Shown here piece by piece: positions 53,299-62,870 of a DNA stretch of 64,000 nt; the stretch's first letter is position 1, and every line of letters starts with the position of its first letter. Under the pieces are notes generated by a model. The model saw nothing but the letters and a program-made list of their open reading frames with translations. It had not been told where the DNA came from and searched no databases. Position numbers and translations under genes: made by a program. This stretch comes from Lachnospiraceae bacterium (GTDB taxonomy: Bacteria; Bacillota; Clostridia; Lachnospirales; Lachnospiraceae). The stretch spans positions 8,930 to 72,929 of the forward strand of contig JAZQOI010000006.1 of NCBI GenBank assembly GCA_045627745.1, written 5' to 3'.

Positions 53299-54027
53299 AT
53301 GTTATCAAAGTATGTAAAAGTAGGAGATAAGCTTGAACTGGAATCTATTGAGGATAATTCCGAAAAGGACGAGCTTATAGACAAAAAGAATTATCGAAGT
53401 CAGGTATATGACATTGTGTCCGAAGATCAGATTAAGATTGCAATGCCAATGGAACAGGGCAAGGTTGTACTTTTGCCGGTGGACGGTGAGTACAATATTT
53501 GCTTTTATGCACAGTCCGGGCTATATCAGTGTCTTGCAAGAGTAATTGACAGATATAAAACAGATAATATTTTTATTCTTGTTATGGAATTAACTACGGA
53601 TATCAGAAAATATCAGAGACGTGAATATTATCGTCTTAATTGCGTACTTGATATGAAGGTCAGGGAGGTTTTACCTGCTGAAAAGGCTATTCCCAATGGT
53701 CTTGAACAAGTATATTTTTTGGATACGGATATTACCTTCAGTAATGGAACAATGGTTGATATCAGTGGCGGCGGTGCCAGATTTATTTCAAAATCAAAAT
53801 ATCCCAAGGGCTGTAATATTCAGTTTGCCTTCTCATTATTTGTAAGCGGAAAGCTGACAGAGTATAAGCTATTAGGCCGTGTTCTGTTTTCGGAAGAGCT
53901 TGCAAGCAGACCGGGAGCCTTTGAGCATCGTATTCAATTTATTAATATAATGAATGATGAACGTGAAAGCATTATTAAGTTTATATTTGAAGAAGAGCGA
54001 AAAATAAGACGAAGAGAGAAGGGTTGA
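53299..54027 (+). CDS. YcgR-like flagellar brake protein (PilZN-like N-domain + PilZ c-di-GMP-binding domain)
   Basis: 242 aa. RxxxR (QRREYYR) and DxSxxG (DISGGG) motifs. RBS AAGAGGAG. Confidence 0.75.
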   Translation: MLSKYVKVGDKLELESIEDNSEKDELIDKKNYRSQVYDIVSEDQIKIAMPMEQGKVVLLPVDGEYNICFYAQSGLYQCLARVIDRYKTDNIFILVMELTTDIRKYQRREYYRLNCVLDMKVREVLPAEKAIPNGLEQVYFLDTDITFSNGTMVDISGGGARFISKSKYPKGCNIQFAFSLFVSGKLTEYKLLGRVLFSEELASRPGAFEHRIQFINIMNDERESIIKFIFEEERKIRRREKG

Positions 54028-54031
54028 ATAA

Positions 54032-55219
54032 TTGAAGAAAAAAATACTTATAGTAGATGACTCTGCACTTATGAGAAGGGTGTTGTGTGATATAATCAAT
54101 TCGGACGACAGATTTGAGGTTGTTGATTACGCTGTTGACGGAGCCGAAGGTTTCAAGAAAATCTGTGCTAAAACATATGATGCAGTAGTGCTTGATGTGT
54201 ACATGCCAAGAATGACAGGACTTGAAATGCTTCGTGAAATGCAGAAGAGTAAGGTATATGCCAACGTATTGATGGCAAGTACCACAACAGGTGAAGGTGC
54301 CAAAGAGACAATCGAAAGCTTGGAGCTTGGTGCTGTTGATTTTATCAAGAAGCCTGAAAATGTTGCAGATGCCCGTCATGAAGAATTCAGAAAGAGATTT
54401 TTGAGTCTCCTTGATGTAGTCAGCAAGGCGAACAACAATCACATGGCAAGAGCCGGAAAGGCCAATGCCGGCAGCGGCAAAGCAGGTCCTACGTTTACTT
54501 CAAGATATGATGTTAATTTCCATACGGCTGTTAAGCCACCGATGCAATCAAGTGTATCACGTGCGGGTAGTACAGTTGAGAGCAAAAAGGTTGAAACTGC
54601 AAGTGTTGAAAGAAGCTTTACTCCACCGACAAATGTCAGAGGAAACAAGCTTGTTGCAATTGCATCTTCAACAGGTGGACCGAAGGCTTTACAGGAGGTA
54701 ATACCATATCTTCCGAAGAATCTAAAGGCACCGGTTCTCTTAGTGCAACATATGCCAAAGGGATTCACCAAGTCCTTAGCAGACCGTCTTGACGAATTAA
54801 GTCAGATTAAAGTTACTGAGGCCATAGAAGGTGAAACCATTACCAATGGTCATGTGTATATTGCTCAGGGAGGCCAACATCTTAAGGCTGAAAAAAATGG
54901 CACAAGCTATAAATTAAGACTTACTGATGAACCGACCAGAGAGGGTGTTAAGCCCTGTGCGAATTATATGTATGAGTCCTTAATGGATTCTCATTTTGAT
55001 GAAGTTGTCTGTGTAGTGTTAACCGGCATGGGTTGTGATGGAACTGCCGGAATTGTTGAATTGAAGAAGAAAAAGAATGTACGAGTAATCGCACAGGACG
55101 AAGAGAGCTGTACTGTATATGGCATGCCCAGAAGTATAGTAGATGGAGGTCTTGCTGATGATGTGGTACCGCTTTCAAAGGTAGCAGAACACATTATTAA
55201 GAACGTGGGGGTATACTAG
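54032..55219 (+). CDS. cheB: chemotaxis methylesterase/response regulator CheB
   Basis: 395 aa. TTG start (MKKKILIVDDSALMRR). Receiver domain, a roughly 70-aa low-complexity linker, esterase domain (ASSTGGP, HMP, GMGCDG). Confidence 0.9.
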   Translation: MKKKILIVDDSALMRRVLCDIINSDDRFEVVDYAVDGAEGFKKICAKTYDAVVLDVYMPRMTGLEMLREMQKSKVYANVLMASTTTGEGAKETIESLELGAVDFIKKPENVADARHEEFRKRFLSLLDVVSKANNNHMARAGKANAGSGKAGPTFTSRYDVNFHTAVKPPMQSSVSRAGSTVESKKVETASVERSFTPPTNVRGNKLVAIASSTGGPKALQEVIPYLPKNLKAPVLLVQHMPKGFTKSLADRLDELSQIKVTEAIEGETITNGHVYIAQGGQHLKAEKNGTSYKLRLTDEPTREGVKPCANYMYESLMDSHFDEVVCVVLTGMGCDGTAGIVELKKKKNVRVIAQDEESCTVYGMPRSIVDGGLADDVVPLSKVAEHIIKNVGVY

Positions 55220-55221
55220 CT

Positions 55222-57360
55222 ATGGATGTTAACCAGTATTTGGAGATTTTTCTTGATGAAACAAACGAACATTTACAGAGCTTAAGTGATCAGCTTATGA
55301 TCCTGGAAAATGAGCCCGAAAATGAAGACACTATTAATGAAATTTTCCGTGCTGCCCATTCACTAAAGGGTATGGCCGGAACCATGGGTTACAAGAGAAT
55401 GCAGAATCTTACCCATGATATGGAGAATGTATTTTCAGAAGTTCGTAACGGTAAGATGAAGGTTACGAGTCCTTTGATTGATGTATTGTTCCAGGCACTT
55501 GATGCTTTGGAGGAATATAAGAACACAATCCAGGAAACAAGAGATGAAGGAACGAATGACAATATTCCTATTATTCAGGCATTACAGAAATGTTTGGATG
55601 AAGGAACAGGGGCAGCAAGTGCTGCAGCTCCTGCTGAGGCGGCTGCTGAAACACCTGCAGCAGATAGTGCATCTGCTGATGCTTCCGGTGGCAAGAAATG
55701 GAACGCAATTCCCCTTCAGGACAATGAGGTTCATGCCATTAAAGAGGCTGACGAAAAAGGTAATAATGTTTTCGGTTGTACAGTTTCAGTAATGGATACA
55801 TGTATTCTTAAAGCTGCGAGAGCTTTCCTTGTATTCAAGGCTGTTGAGGAACTGGGTGAGATAATTATTTCCGATCCTTCAACTCAGGATATTGAAGATG
55901 AAAAATTTGAATTTGATTTCAGTCTTATTATTTCAACCGCAGAGTCATATGACAAGATTGAAGCTGCAGTTATGAGTGTGTCTGAAATCGAAAAGGTTGT
56001 TGGAGAAAAGATGGATGCTTCTGCTGTTAAGGTTGCAGATAATAATGAGGTTAAGGGCTCAGAAGCTGAGGCTCCTGTTCAGGAAACTGCACCTGCTGCT
56101 AAAGAGGAGGCTAAACCTGCACCGGCAGCTAAGGCTGAACCTGCTGCAACGCAGAACGCTAATGCTCCGGCTAAGAAGGCGCAGAACAATAAGCCTGTAG
56201 TTAACAGAACAGTCAGAGTTGATATAGAAAAATTAGATGTACTAATGAATCTCGTCAGTGAGCTTATTATTGCTAAGAACTCACTTGTATCTTACGGTAC
56301 TGCCGGACAGAATAGTGGTAACGGTAGTTTTAATGAACAAATCGAATACTTAGAGAGTGTTACAACGAATCTGCATGAGTCAGTTATGAAGGTTCGAATG
56401 GTTCCTATAGAGAGTGTAACAACTAAGTTCCCTAGAATGATAAGAGACTTATCGAAAAAACTTAATAAGAAAATGGAATTGTATATGTCCGGTGAGGATA
56501 CAGAGCTTGATCGTACAGTGGTTGATGAAATCGGCGATCCTCTGATGCATTTGCTTCGTAATTCGGCAGACCATGGTCTTGAATCTGCAGAGATTCGTGC
56601 AGAGAGAGGCAAGAATGAAACCGGTTCTATTTTCCTCGATGCATATCAGGATGGTAACAACGTTGTAATTGAAGTTAGAGATGATGGTAACGGTATTGAT
56701 GTTGAAGCTGTAAGAAATAAGGCAATTGACCGTGGAACAATAACACCTGAACAGGGTGATGTGATGTCCGATAAGGAGATTATTGATTTGCTGTTCCTGC
56801 CCAGCTTCTCTACAGCCAAGGTTGTATCTGATGTATCAGGTCGAGGTGTTGGTCTTGATGTTGTTAAGTCCAAAATCGAATCACTTGGTGGTGACGTAAG
56901 TGTTAAGACAAAGCTTGGTGAAGGCTCTACCTTCTCAATCAGACTTCCTCTTACTCTTGCAATTATTCAGGCTCTTATGGTTGTTGTTGGTGGAGAAAAA
57001 TATGCGATTTCATTGGGCTCCATTGATACGATTGAAGATATTTCAGAGGATGAAGTTAAGTATGTTGAAGCTAAAGAGGTAATTCACCTTCGTGGTAACG
57101 TTATTCCTTTGGTTAGACTTAATGAGGTTCTTGGAATTGAAGATAATGAAGACAAGAAGGATAAGAATCTTGTAGTTGTTATTGTTAAGAAGGGTGACCA
57201 GTATGCAGGTCTTGTGGTTGATGACCTTATAGGACAGCAGGAAATCGTTATTAAATCACTTGGTAAGTACATTAATTGTACAACTCGAATGATTTCCGGT
57301 GCAACAATTCTTGGTGATGGCGAAGTTGCATTGATTCTTGATGCTAATTGTCTTATTTAA
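55222..57360 (+). CDS. cheA: chemotaxis histidine kinase CheA
   Basis: 712 aa. Hpt FRAAHSLKGMAG, Ala/Pro-rich linkers, dimerisation/HATPase (DHGLE, DDGNGID, GRGVGLD), C-terminal CheW-like domain. Confidence 0.95.
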   Translation: MDVNQYLEIFLDETNEHLQSLSDQLMILENEPENEDTINEIFRAAHSLKGMAGTMGYKRMQNLTHDMENVFSEVRNGKMKVTSPLIDVLFQALDALEEYKNTIQETRDEGTNDNIPIIQALQKCLDEGTGAASAAAPAEAAAETPAADSASADASGGKKWNAIPLQDNEVHAIKEADEKGNNVFGCTVSVMDTCILKAARAFLVFKAVEELGEIIISDPSTQDIEDEKFEFDFSLIISTAESYDKIEAAVMSVSEIEKVVGEKMDASAVKVADNNEVKGSEAEAPVQETAPAAKEEAKPAPAAKAEPAATQNANAPAKKAQNNKPVVNRTVRVDIEKLDVLMNLVSELIIAKNSLVSYGTAGQNSGNGSFNEQIEYLESVTTNLHESVMKVRMVPIESVTTKFPRMIRDLSKKLNKKMELYMSGEDTELDRTVVDEIGDPLMHLLRNSADHGLESAEIRAERGKNETGSIFLDAYQDGNNVVIEVRDDGNGIDVEAVRNKAIDRGTITPEQGDVMSDKEIIDLLFLPSFSTAKVVSDVSGRGVGLDVVKSKIESLGGDVSVKTKLGEGSTFSIRLPLTLAIIQALMVVVGGEKYAISLGSIDTIEDISEDEVKYVEAKEVIHLRGNVIPLVRLNEVLGIEDNEDKKDKNLVVVIVKKGDQYAGLVVDDLIGQQEIVIKSLGKYINCTTRMISGATILGDGEVALILDANCLI

Positions 57361-57374
57361 GAGGGGGTGAAATA

Positions 57375-57854
57375 ATGGGCGAAATGATGGATGAACTTGG
57401 ATTTGTGACTACCGAATATGCTACTACTCAGTATATTGTTATTACAATAGGTGAGGAACAGTATGGTATTGATATTAAATATGTTGATAATATTGTCAGA
57501 ATGCAGAAGATAACAAGAGTACCTAATGTTCAGGAGTATTTTGACGGTGTTATTAATCTTCGTGGTGAGGTTGTTCCTGTAATGAGCTTCAGAAGAAAGG
57601 TCAATCTTCCTGAGGTAGAAAAATCCAATAAGACACGAATTATTATTATTAAGCTTGAGCAGAATGCACCAATCGGTATTATTGTTGATGCAGTTAAAGA
57701 GGTCGTTACTCTGAGCGAGAACAGTATTGATCCTGTTGCCAAGGGTTCAAAGGCTTCTGAACAGTCGTATATTAACGGAATTGGTAAATGTGGAGATACA
57801 CTGATTTCACTTCTTGATTTAAATGTGGTTATTTCAGAAAAAGAAAGTGTGTAA
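57375..57854 (+). CDS. cheW: chemotaxis coupling protein CheW
   Basis: ORF 57348-57854, ATG 57375 after GAGGGGG. YGIDIKYVDNIVRM...INLRGEVVPV. Confidence 0.9.
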   Translation: MGEMMDELGFVTTEYATTQYIVITIGEEQYGIDIKYVDNIVRMQKITRVPNVQEYFDGVINLRGEVVPVMSFRRKVNLPEVEKSNKTRIIIIKLEQNAPIGIIVDAVKEVVTLSENSIDPVAKGSKASEQSYINGIGKCGDTLISLLDLNVVISEKESV

Positions 57855-57860
57855 TTAATT

Positions 57861-57892
57861 AACTGTCGCTCGAAGCAATTCGGGCGACAGTT
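57861..57892 (+). other. strong intercistronic RNA stem-loop with a GCAA tetraloop (no U-tract)
   Basis: aaCTGTCGCTCGAA[GCAA]TTCGGGCGACAGtt. 14 bp including one G:U. It abuts the cheC RBS GCAGAGGTG. Confidence 0.6.
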
Positions 57893-57908
57893 GTGCAGAG
57901 GTGAAAAA

Positions 57909-58526
57909 ATGAGTAAAATTGACTTGGACAATATGGATGGCGTATATTACGACATTCTAAAAGAAATCGGTAATATAGGTGCCGGGAATGCCACAACGGC
58001 TTTGGCTTCCTTACTTAATACCAAGGTTGATATGAAAGTGCCCAAGGTTGCACTTCTTGAGTTTTCTGAAGTCGGTGAAGCTATGGGAGGCGAGGAGCTT
58101 CTTATGGCAGGAATATATCAGATGATAGAAGGAGATATTTCAGGAAGTATTATGTTCTTACTGGAAGAAAAGTCAGCAAGGACTCTTATTTCACAATTAA
58201 TGGGAACTCCTATATCCCAGACTTCTGCAAGCTTTTCTGAAATGGAAATATCTGCACTTAAGGAAATCGGAAATATTATTACAGGTTCCTACCTGTCTTC
58301 ACTTTCAATGCTAACAAATCTTAGGATAGTTTCATCGATTCCTGCCATAAGCATTGATATGTGTGGTGCAATATTAAGTGTTCCGGCAATTGAATTCGGT
58401 GCTGTGGGAGATAAGATTCTTCTTATTCAAACTGCATTTTCCGGAGAAATGAAGCTTGATGGATATTTTATACTTGTACCTGATTTAGATTCATATGATA
58501 AGATTCTTTCTTCACTGGGTATGTAG
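57909..58526 (+). CDS. cheC: CheY-P phosphatase CheC
   Basis: ORF 57891-58526, ATG 57909. Duplicated motifs EIGNIGAGNATTAL and EIGNIITGSYLSSL. Confidence 0.9.
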   Translation: MSKIDLDNMDGVYYDILKEIGNIGAGNATTALASLLNTKVDMKVPKVALLEFSEVGEAMGGEELLMAGIYQMIEGDISGSIMFLLEEKSARTLISQLMGTPISQTSASFSEMEISALKEIGNIITGSYLSSLSMLTNLRIVSSIPAISIDMCGAILSVPAIEFGAVGDKILLIQTAFSGEMKLDGYFILVPDLDSYDKILSSLGM

Positions 58527-58582
58527 TATTTCGGTGATATGTTAAGATGTATTGTGGCGCATTTGAAAGATAGGACGAATAT

Positions 58583-59068
58583 ATGGCTGAAATGATAAAG
58601 GTTGGTATGGCGGATTTGAAGCTATGTAAGAGCCCCGATGCTATTACAACTCTTGGACTTGGGTCATGTGTTGGAATAGCTATACGTGATCCGGTTACAA
58701 AGATTGGTGGACTTGCACATATTATGCTTCCCGACAGTACCAAATTTCCTAATAATAAATGTATCGCAAAATATGCGGATACCGGTATTGTTGAACTTGT
58801 TCGTATTATGGTTGCTGCTGGTGCAAACCGAGGTAGACTGGTTGCCAAGATTGCAGGCGGAGCTCAAATGTTTGCTCTGCAGAATAAGTCTGATTTAATG
58901 GCTGTTGGAGCCAGAAATGTAGAATCTGTCATAAAGGTTCTTAATGAAATGAAAATTCCGATATTAGCCAGAGATACAGGGCTTAATTTTGGAAGAACAG
59001 TAGAGTTTTATCCTGAAACCGGTGATTTTGTAATTAAAGCAGTGGGTAAGGATGTTAAAACAATTTAG
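58583..59068 (+). CDS. cheD: chemoreceptor glutamine deamidase CheD
   Basis: 161 aa. TTLGLGSCVGIAIRD (catalytic Cys) and GLAHIMLP. Confidence 0.9.
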   Translation: MAEMIKVGMADLKLCKSPDAITTLGLGSCVGIAIRDPVTKIGGLAHIMLPDSTKFPNNKCIAKYADTGIVELVRIMVAAGANRGRLVAKIAGGAQMFALQNKSDLMAVGARNVESVIKVLNEMKIPILARDTGLNFGRTVEFYPETGDFVIKAVGKDVKTI

Positions 59069-59079
59069 TTGGTGAATAT

Positions 59080-59388
59080 ATGAACACTAAGAAGATTCCT
59101 GTGCTTATTATGCTTCTTGCAGGAGCTGTTACCTGTGTGGTAACTTTTCTGAATCATTACAATCTTCGCGATATGCTTGTTGCACTTCTAATTGTTCTGA
59201 TTATTTTTCTTATTATTGGTTTAGTAATAAAGTTTCTTTTCGATAAATTCGAAATTTCTACAGATGATTCTGTATCTGATGAGGGAGAGGTTGTCGAGAA
59301 GCAGGGTGATGGCGAAGCAGTTGAAGAGGGCGAAGAAAATTCAGAAATTAATGAGGAAAATCAGACAGAGGTTATTACTGATAACTGA
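59080..59388 (+). CDS. small membrane protein, two TM + acidic C-terminal tail (unknown function)
   Basis: 102 aa. IPVLIMLLAGAVTCVVTFL and LVALLIVLIIFLIIGLVI, then a Glu/Asp-rich tail. Lies between cheD and sigD. Confidence 0.5.
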   Translation: MNTKKIPVLIMLLAGAVTCVVTFLNHYNLRDMLVALLIVLIIFLIIGLVIKFLFDKFEISTDDSVSDEGEVVEKQGDGEAVEEGEENSEINEENQTEVITDN

Positions 59389-59520
59389 TTATTATAACTT
59401 GAAGTGGATGTTCCCATCTTCACTACGAAGAGTAGGTGGGGACAAGCTTTGCTGAGGAGGGGTACAATCCCTTTTGGAGTAAAAGCTTCTGTGTATCTTA
59501 TGAAAAACACCGAGGCGTAT

Positions 59521-59549
59521 TTGAAATATGCTCTTAGGACTGATATAGT
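59521..59549 (+). promoter_or_regulatory. sigmaA-type promoter dedicated to sigD (TTGAAA-N17-TATAGT with TGn extension)
   Basis: TTGAAA at 59521-59526 and TGaTATAGT at 59541-59549. The predicted leader contains a 9-bp AT-rich inverted repeat ATTGATATT/AATATCAAT (59576-59598) just before RBS GGAGGGG. Confidence 0.45.
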
Positions 59550-59613
59550 ACTATGTAGGAGCAAAATTGTGTTATATTGATATTGATTAAATATCAATTG
59601 TACGGAGGGGAAT

Positions 59614-60381
59614 ATGGACGAAGCTTCAAAATTAAAAATGTGGAGCGATTACAGTAGGAATCCTTCCCAGGAATTACGTGAAAAGATAATATTGGAATAC
59701 GCACCTCTTGTTAAGGTGGTCGCAGGCAGGTTGTCTATGTATCTTGGTTACAATGTAGAATATGAAGACTTAGTTAGTTATGGAATATTCGGACTTATTG
59801 ATGCTATAGATAAGTATGATACTACTAAGGAAGTTAAATTTGAGACTTATGCCAGTCTTAGAATCCGTGGAGCAATCTTAGATCAGATTAGAAAAATGGA
59901 TTGGATTCCCAGAACTGTTCGTAAGCGTCAGCGTGATATAACAAATGCCATAAAAGCAATCGAAAGTCGAACCGGCAAGACAGCGACTGATGAAGAGGTT
60001 GCTAAGGAGCTCGGAATATCTCAGGATGAATATGATGACTGGCAGTCACAGATGAAGGTTACTAATGTTATTTCCCTTGACGAGTTTACGGAAGCCGGCG
60101 GTAGTGAAATAAGTGAAAGCAGAACAGTATCCCGTTTTGAAATGCCTGAAGAGGCAGTAGAAAAAGAGGAGTTAAAGGTTATGCTTGAACAGGCCCTGGC
60201 ACAGCTTACCGAGAAAGAACAGAAGGTAATTACACTGTACTACTATGAAGATTTGACACTGAAGGAAATCAGCAATGTATTAGAGGTTTCTGAATCAAGA
60301 GTATCGCAGTTGCATACCAAGGCACTTGGTAAAATGAAGAATAAGCTTGGAAAATATATGGGTATTTTAACAAAGTATTAA
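59614..60381 (+). CDS. sigD: flagellar sigma factor SigD/FliA (sigma-28)
   Basis: 255 aa. Region 2 (DLVSYGIFGLIDAIDKYD), region 3, region 4 (TLKEISNVLEVSESRVSQLHTKAL). Confidence 0.95.
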   Translation: MDEASKLKMWSDYSRNPSQELREKIILEYAPLVKVVAGRLSMYLGYNVEYEDLVSYGIFGLIDAIDKYDTTKEVKFETYASLRIRGAILDQIRKMDWIPRTVRKRQRDITNAIKAIESRTGKTATDEEVAKELGISQDEYDDWQSQMKVTNVISLDEFTEAGGSEISESRTVSRFEMPEEAVEKEELKVMLEQALAQLTEKEQKVITLYYYEDLTLKEISNVLEVSESRVSQLHTKALGKMKNKLGKYMGILTKY

Positions 60382-60480
60382 TGTTTATAATTGGGTTTCA
60401 AACAGCCGGTTCAGTATTTACAGTATGTGAAAGGTCAATTGGGATGTTGAATTGGATGTTGATTTTAACGGGGGCTAAAT

Positions 60481-62082
60481 ATGGCTAGAAGAAATGGCTA
60501 TTTTAGATTACTGGTTCTTGAAGACGGAACATATATTGAACTGTTTCCACCTGTTGATGGTGGTGATCCTGTTTCCTTTGATGAATTGCAGGAATATCTT
60601 ATCAGACGCAATCATCTATTGGATAAGCTGGCGGTAGCACAGGCAATTAAGGATAGTAACGGTGAAAAATGTACCGTTAAGATTGATGATACTACGGGTA
60701 TATACGAAGCTGAATCGTATGAGCTAAAGGTATCTGAGGATAATATGCGTCTTATTGCCCGATTCTATCCATGTTCTAATTGTGCTGCATCTCTCACTAT
60801 AGATGAAATCCTAAAAGATTTAAAATTTAAAAAAATTACTTACGGTATCAGAGAAGATGTTATTGCCAGATATTTTGCTGACAGGAATTATTGCACAGAC
60901 TATCTTTTAGCAGAGGGTACCAGACCTGTTCAGGGTAAAGATGGTAAATTAGATTATTATTTTAACACTGATTTAAGTGCCAAACCTAAGATGAATCCTG
61001 ATGGTACTGTTGATTTTTTTAATCTTAACCTGATATGTCCCTGTGTAAAGGATCAGATACTTGCCAGAATTACACCGGCTGATTTAGGAGAAAACGGAAC
61101 TACAATTTATGGTGAAACCGTTAAACCTCATGAGGTTAAACAGCCGTCGTTTAGCTACGGAAACGGGATGCACATATCCGAGGATGGGCTTAATCTTATA
61201 TCTGATACCAGTGGAAATGTTTCTCTTGTTGATGGCAAAGTATTTGTATCAAATGTATACGAGGTAAGTGATGTAGATACTTCTACAGGTAATATAGAAT
61301 ATGACGGTGATGTGCGTGTTCTTGGTAGTGTTAGAGCGGGATTTTGTGTGCAGGCTACAGGAACAATTGAAGTCCGCGGTGTAGTAGAAGCTGCTATGGT
61401 TCAGTCTGATAAGGATGTTATTATCAGCCGTGGAATGAATGGTATGGGTAAGGGGCTTATTATAGCCGGTAACAATGTGGTAGCCAAATTCATTGAAAAC
61501 AGTCGTGTTCAGGCGGAGGGCTATGTTCAGGCAGAGGCGATTTTACATAGCGAGGTTAACTCCAAGGGGGATGTAATTGTTAATGGTAAGAAGGGCTTTA
61601 TTACCGGAGGTAGTGTTAAGGCTCTTGGTAATGTTGAAGCTAAAATCATTGGCTCCACAATGGGTGTTGATACTGATATTGAGGTAGGGGCTGACCCTGC
61701 AATAAAAATCAGATTAAATGATTTAACTCAGAAAATTAATGATACAAATAGAAAGCTTAATCAGATTAAGCCGGTGCTTGCGGCACTTACTCTGCGCTTG
61801 AAGAAGGGCGACAGACTTACTGATGACCAGCTTAGGAACCTTAAAATGCTTTCGATGGAATATAAGGAATTAAATGAAGATTTAGAGTATTTAATGAATG
61901 AACAGGAGGCTGCTACTCCTGCAGGAGAAGTGGAAGACAATCATTCCTGCGTTAAGGTATATGAGTATGCATATCCGGGAACCCAAATCACTATAAGTGA
62001 TGTATATACTCAGCTCAAGAAGCCTGTTCAGCATTCAAGATTTATTAGGGATGGAGCAGATATTCGTATAACTGCTATTTAA
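60481..62082 (+). CDS. FapA/DUF342-family protein (flagellar-assembly-associated)
   Basis: 533 aa. N-terminal FRLLVLEDGTYIELFPP, central beta-helix-like repeats (GNIEYDGDVRVLGSVRAGFCVQATGTIEVRGVVE...), C-terminal coiled coil. As I remember the DUF342 family. Confidence 0.7.
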   Translation: MARRNGYFRLLVLEDGTYIELFPPVDGGDPVSFDELQEYLIRRNHLLDKLAVAQAIKDSNGEKCTVKIDDTTGIYEAESYELKVSEDNMRLIARFYPCSNCAASLTIDEILKDLKFKKITYGIREDVIARYFADRNYCTDYLLAEGTRPVQGKDGKLDYYFNTDLSAKPKMNPDGTVDFFNLNLICPCVKDQILARITPADLGENGTTIYGETVKPHEVKQPSFSYGNGMHISEDGLNLISDTSGNVSLVDGKVFVSNVYEVSDVDTSTGNIEYDGDVRVLGSVRAGFCVQATGTIEVRGVVEAAMVQSDKDVIISRGMNGMGKGLIIAGNNVVAKFIENSRVQAEGYVQAEAILHSEVNSKGDVIVNGKKGFITGGSVKALGNVEAKIIGSTMGVDTDIEVGADPAIKIRLNDLTQKINDTNRKLNQIKPVLAALTLRLKKGDRLTDDQLRNLKMLSMEYKELNEDLEYLMNEQEAATPAGEVEDNHSCVKVYEYAYPGTQITISDVYTQLKKPVQHSRFIRDGADIRITAI

Positions 62083-62202
62083 TTGGTTAAATATCGACTT
62101 GAATTTTTATATTACATTTGATAATCTTTTAACGAATAGGAAGAGGTTATTTAAGTGTTTTGATTGATTTGTAGTTGTGATTTTGCGTGAAAGGAAGATA
62201 CT

Positions 62203-62865
62203 ATGTCACCTATGGAAATAACACTCCTTATTATAGGAGTGGTTATTTTTTTAGTTAGCTTTTTAATTAAAGATAGCGAAGAAAAATCAGAAGAGGATAT
62301 AGAACTGCAGAAGGAGGAAATACGCAATCTTTTATCAAAGGAGATTGCCGGTATGAATCTTAAGGTTAGAGAGGCAACTGACAGTTCTATTGAATATGCC
62401 ATGGAAAAGGCAGAAAGATCCCTTGAAAAAATATCTAATGAGAAAATCATGGCAGTTAATGAGTATTCCAATACAATACTTGAGGATATTAATAAAAGTC
62501 ATAAAGAGGTTATGTTTCTCTATGATATGTTAAATGATAAGCAGATTGATTTGAAGAATACTGTACGTGAGGCTTCTGCAGTGGCTAAGGAAGTGGAGGA
62601 GGAGAACATTAAGGCTTATTCTCCGGCAAAGGTTAATGTATCCACAAGCGAAGATGATTTTAAGGGAATAGAATTTCTGGAAGCTCAGATTAATGAAAGA
62701 GAAGCAGTTAATGTGCAAAGAACTGAGGAAGCTGATTCAAAGAAGAATAATAATGACATGATTATTAAGCTGTATGAAGAAGGTAAATCCATGGTTGAAA
62801 TAGCTAAGGAGCTTAACCTTGGTGTGGGTGAAGTTACTCTTGTAATTGATTTGTATGAGAGGTGA
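62203..62865 (+). CDS. membrane-anchored coiled-coil protein with a short C-terminal HTH-like segment (unknown function)
   Basis: 220 aa. N-terminal TM ITLLIIGVVIFLVSFLI, charged coiled coil, C-terminal MIIKLYEEGKSMVEIAKELNLGVGEVTLVIDLYER. Confidence 0.55.
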   Translation: MSPMEITLLIIGVVIFLVSFLIKDSEEKSEEDIELQKEEIRNLLSKEIAGMNLKVREATDSSIEYAMEKAERSLEKISNEKIMAVNEYSNTILEDINKSHKEVMFLYDMLNDKQIDLKNTVREASAVAKEVEEENIKAYSPAKVNVSTSEDDFKGIEFLEAQINEREAVNVQRTEEADSKKNNNDMIIKLYEEGKSMVEIAKELNLGVGEVTLVIDLYER

Positions 62866-62870
62866 ACTTT

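Noticed and set aside
53981-54442. 153-aa minus-strand ORF overlapping the YcgR-like gene/cheB junction
   Set aside because: It is antisense to the cheB receiver domain, whose motifs are unambiguous, and has no recognisable features.
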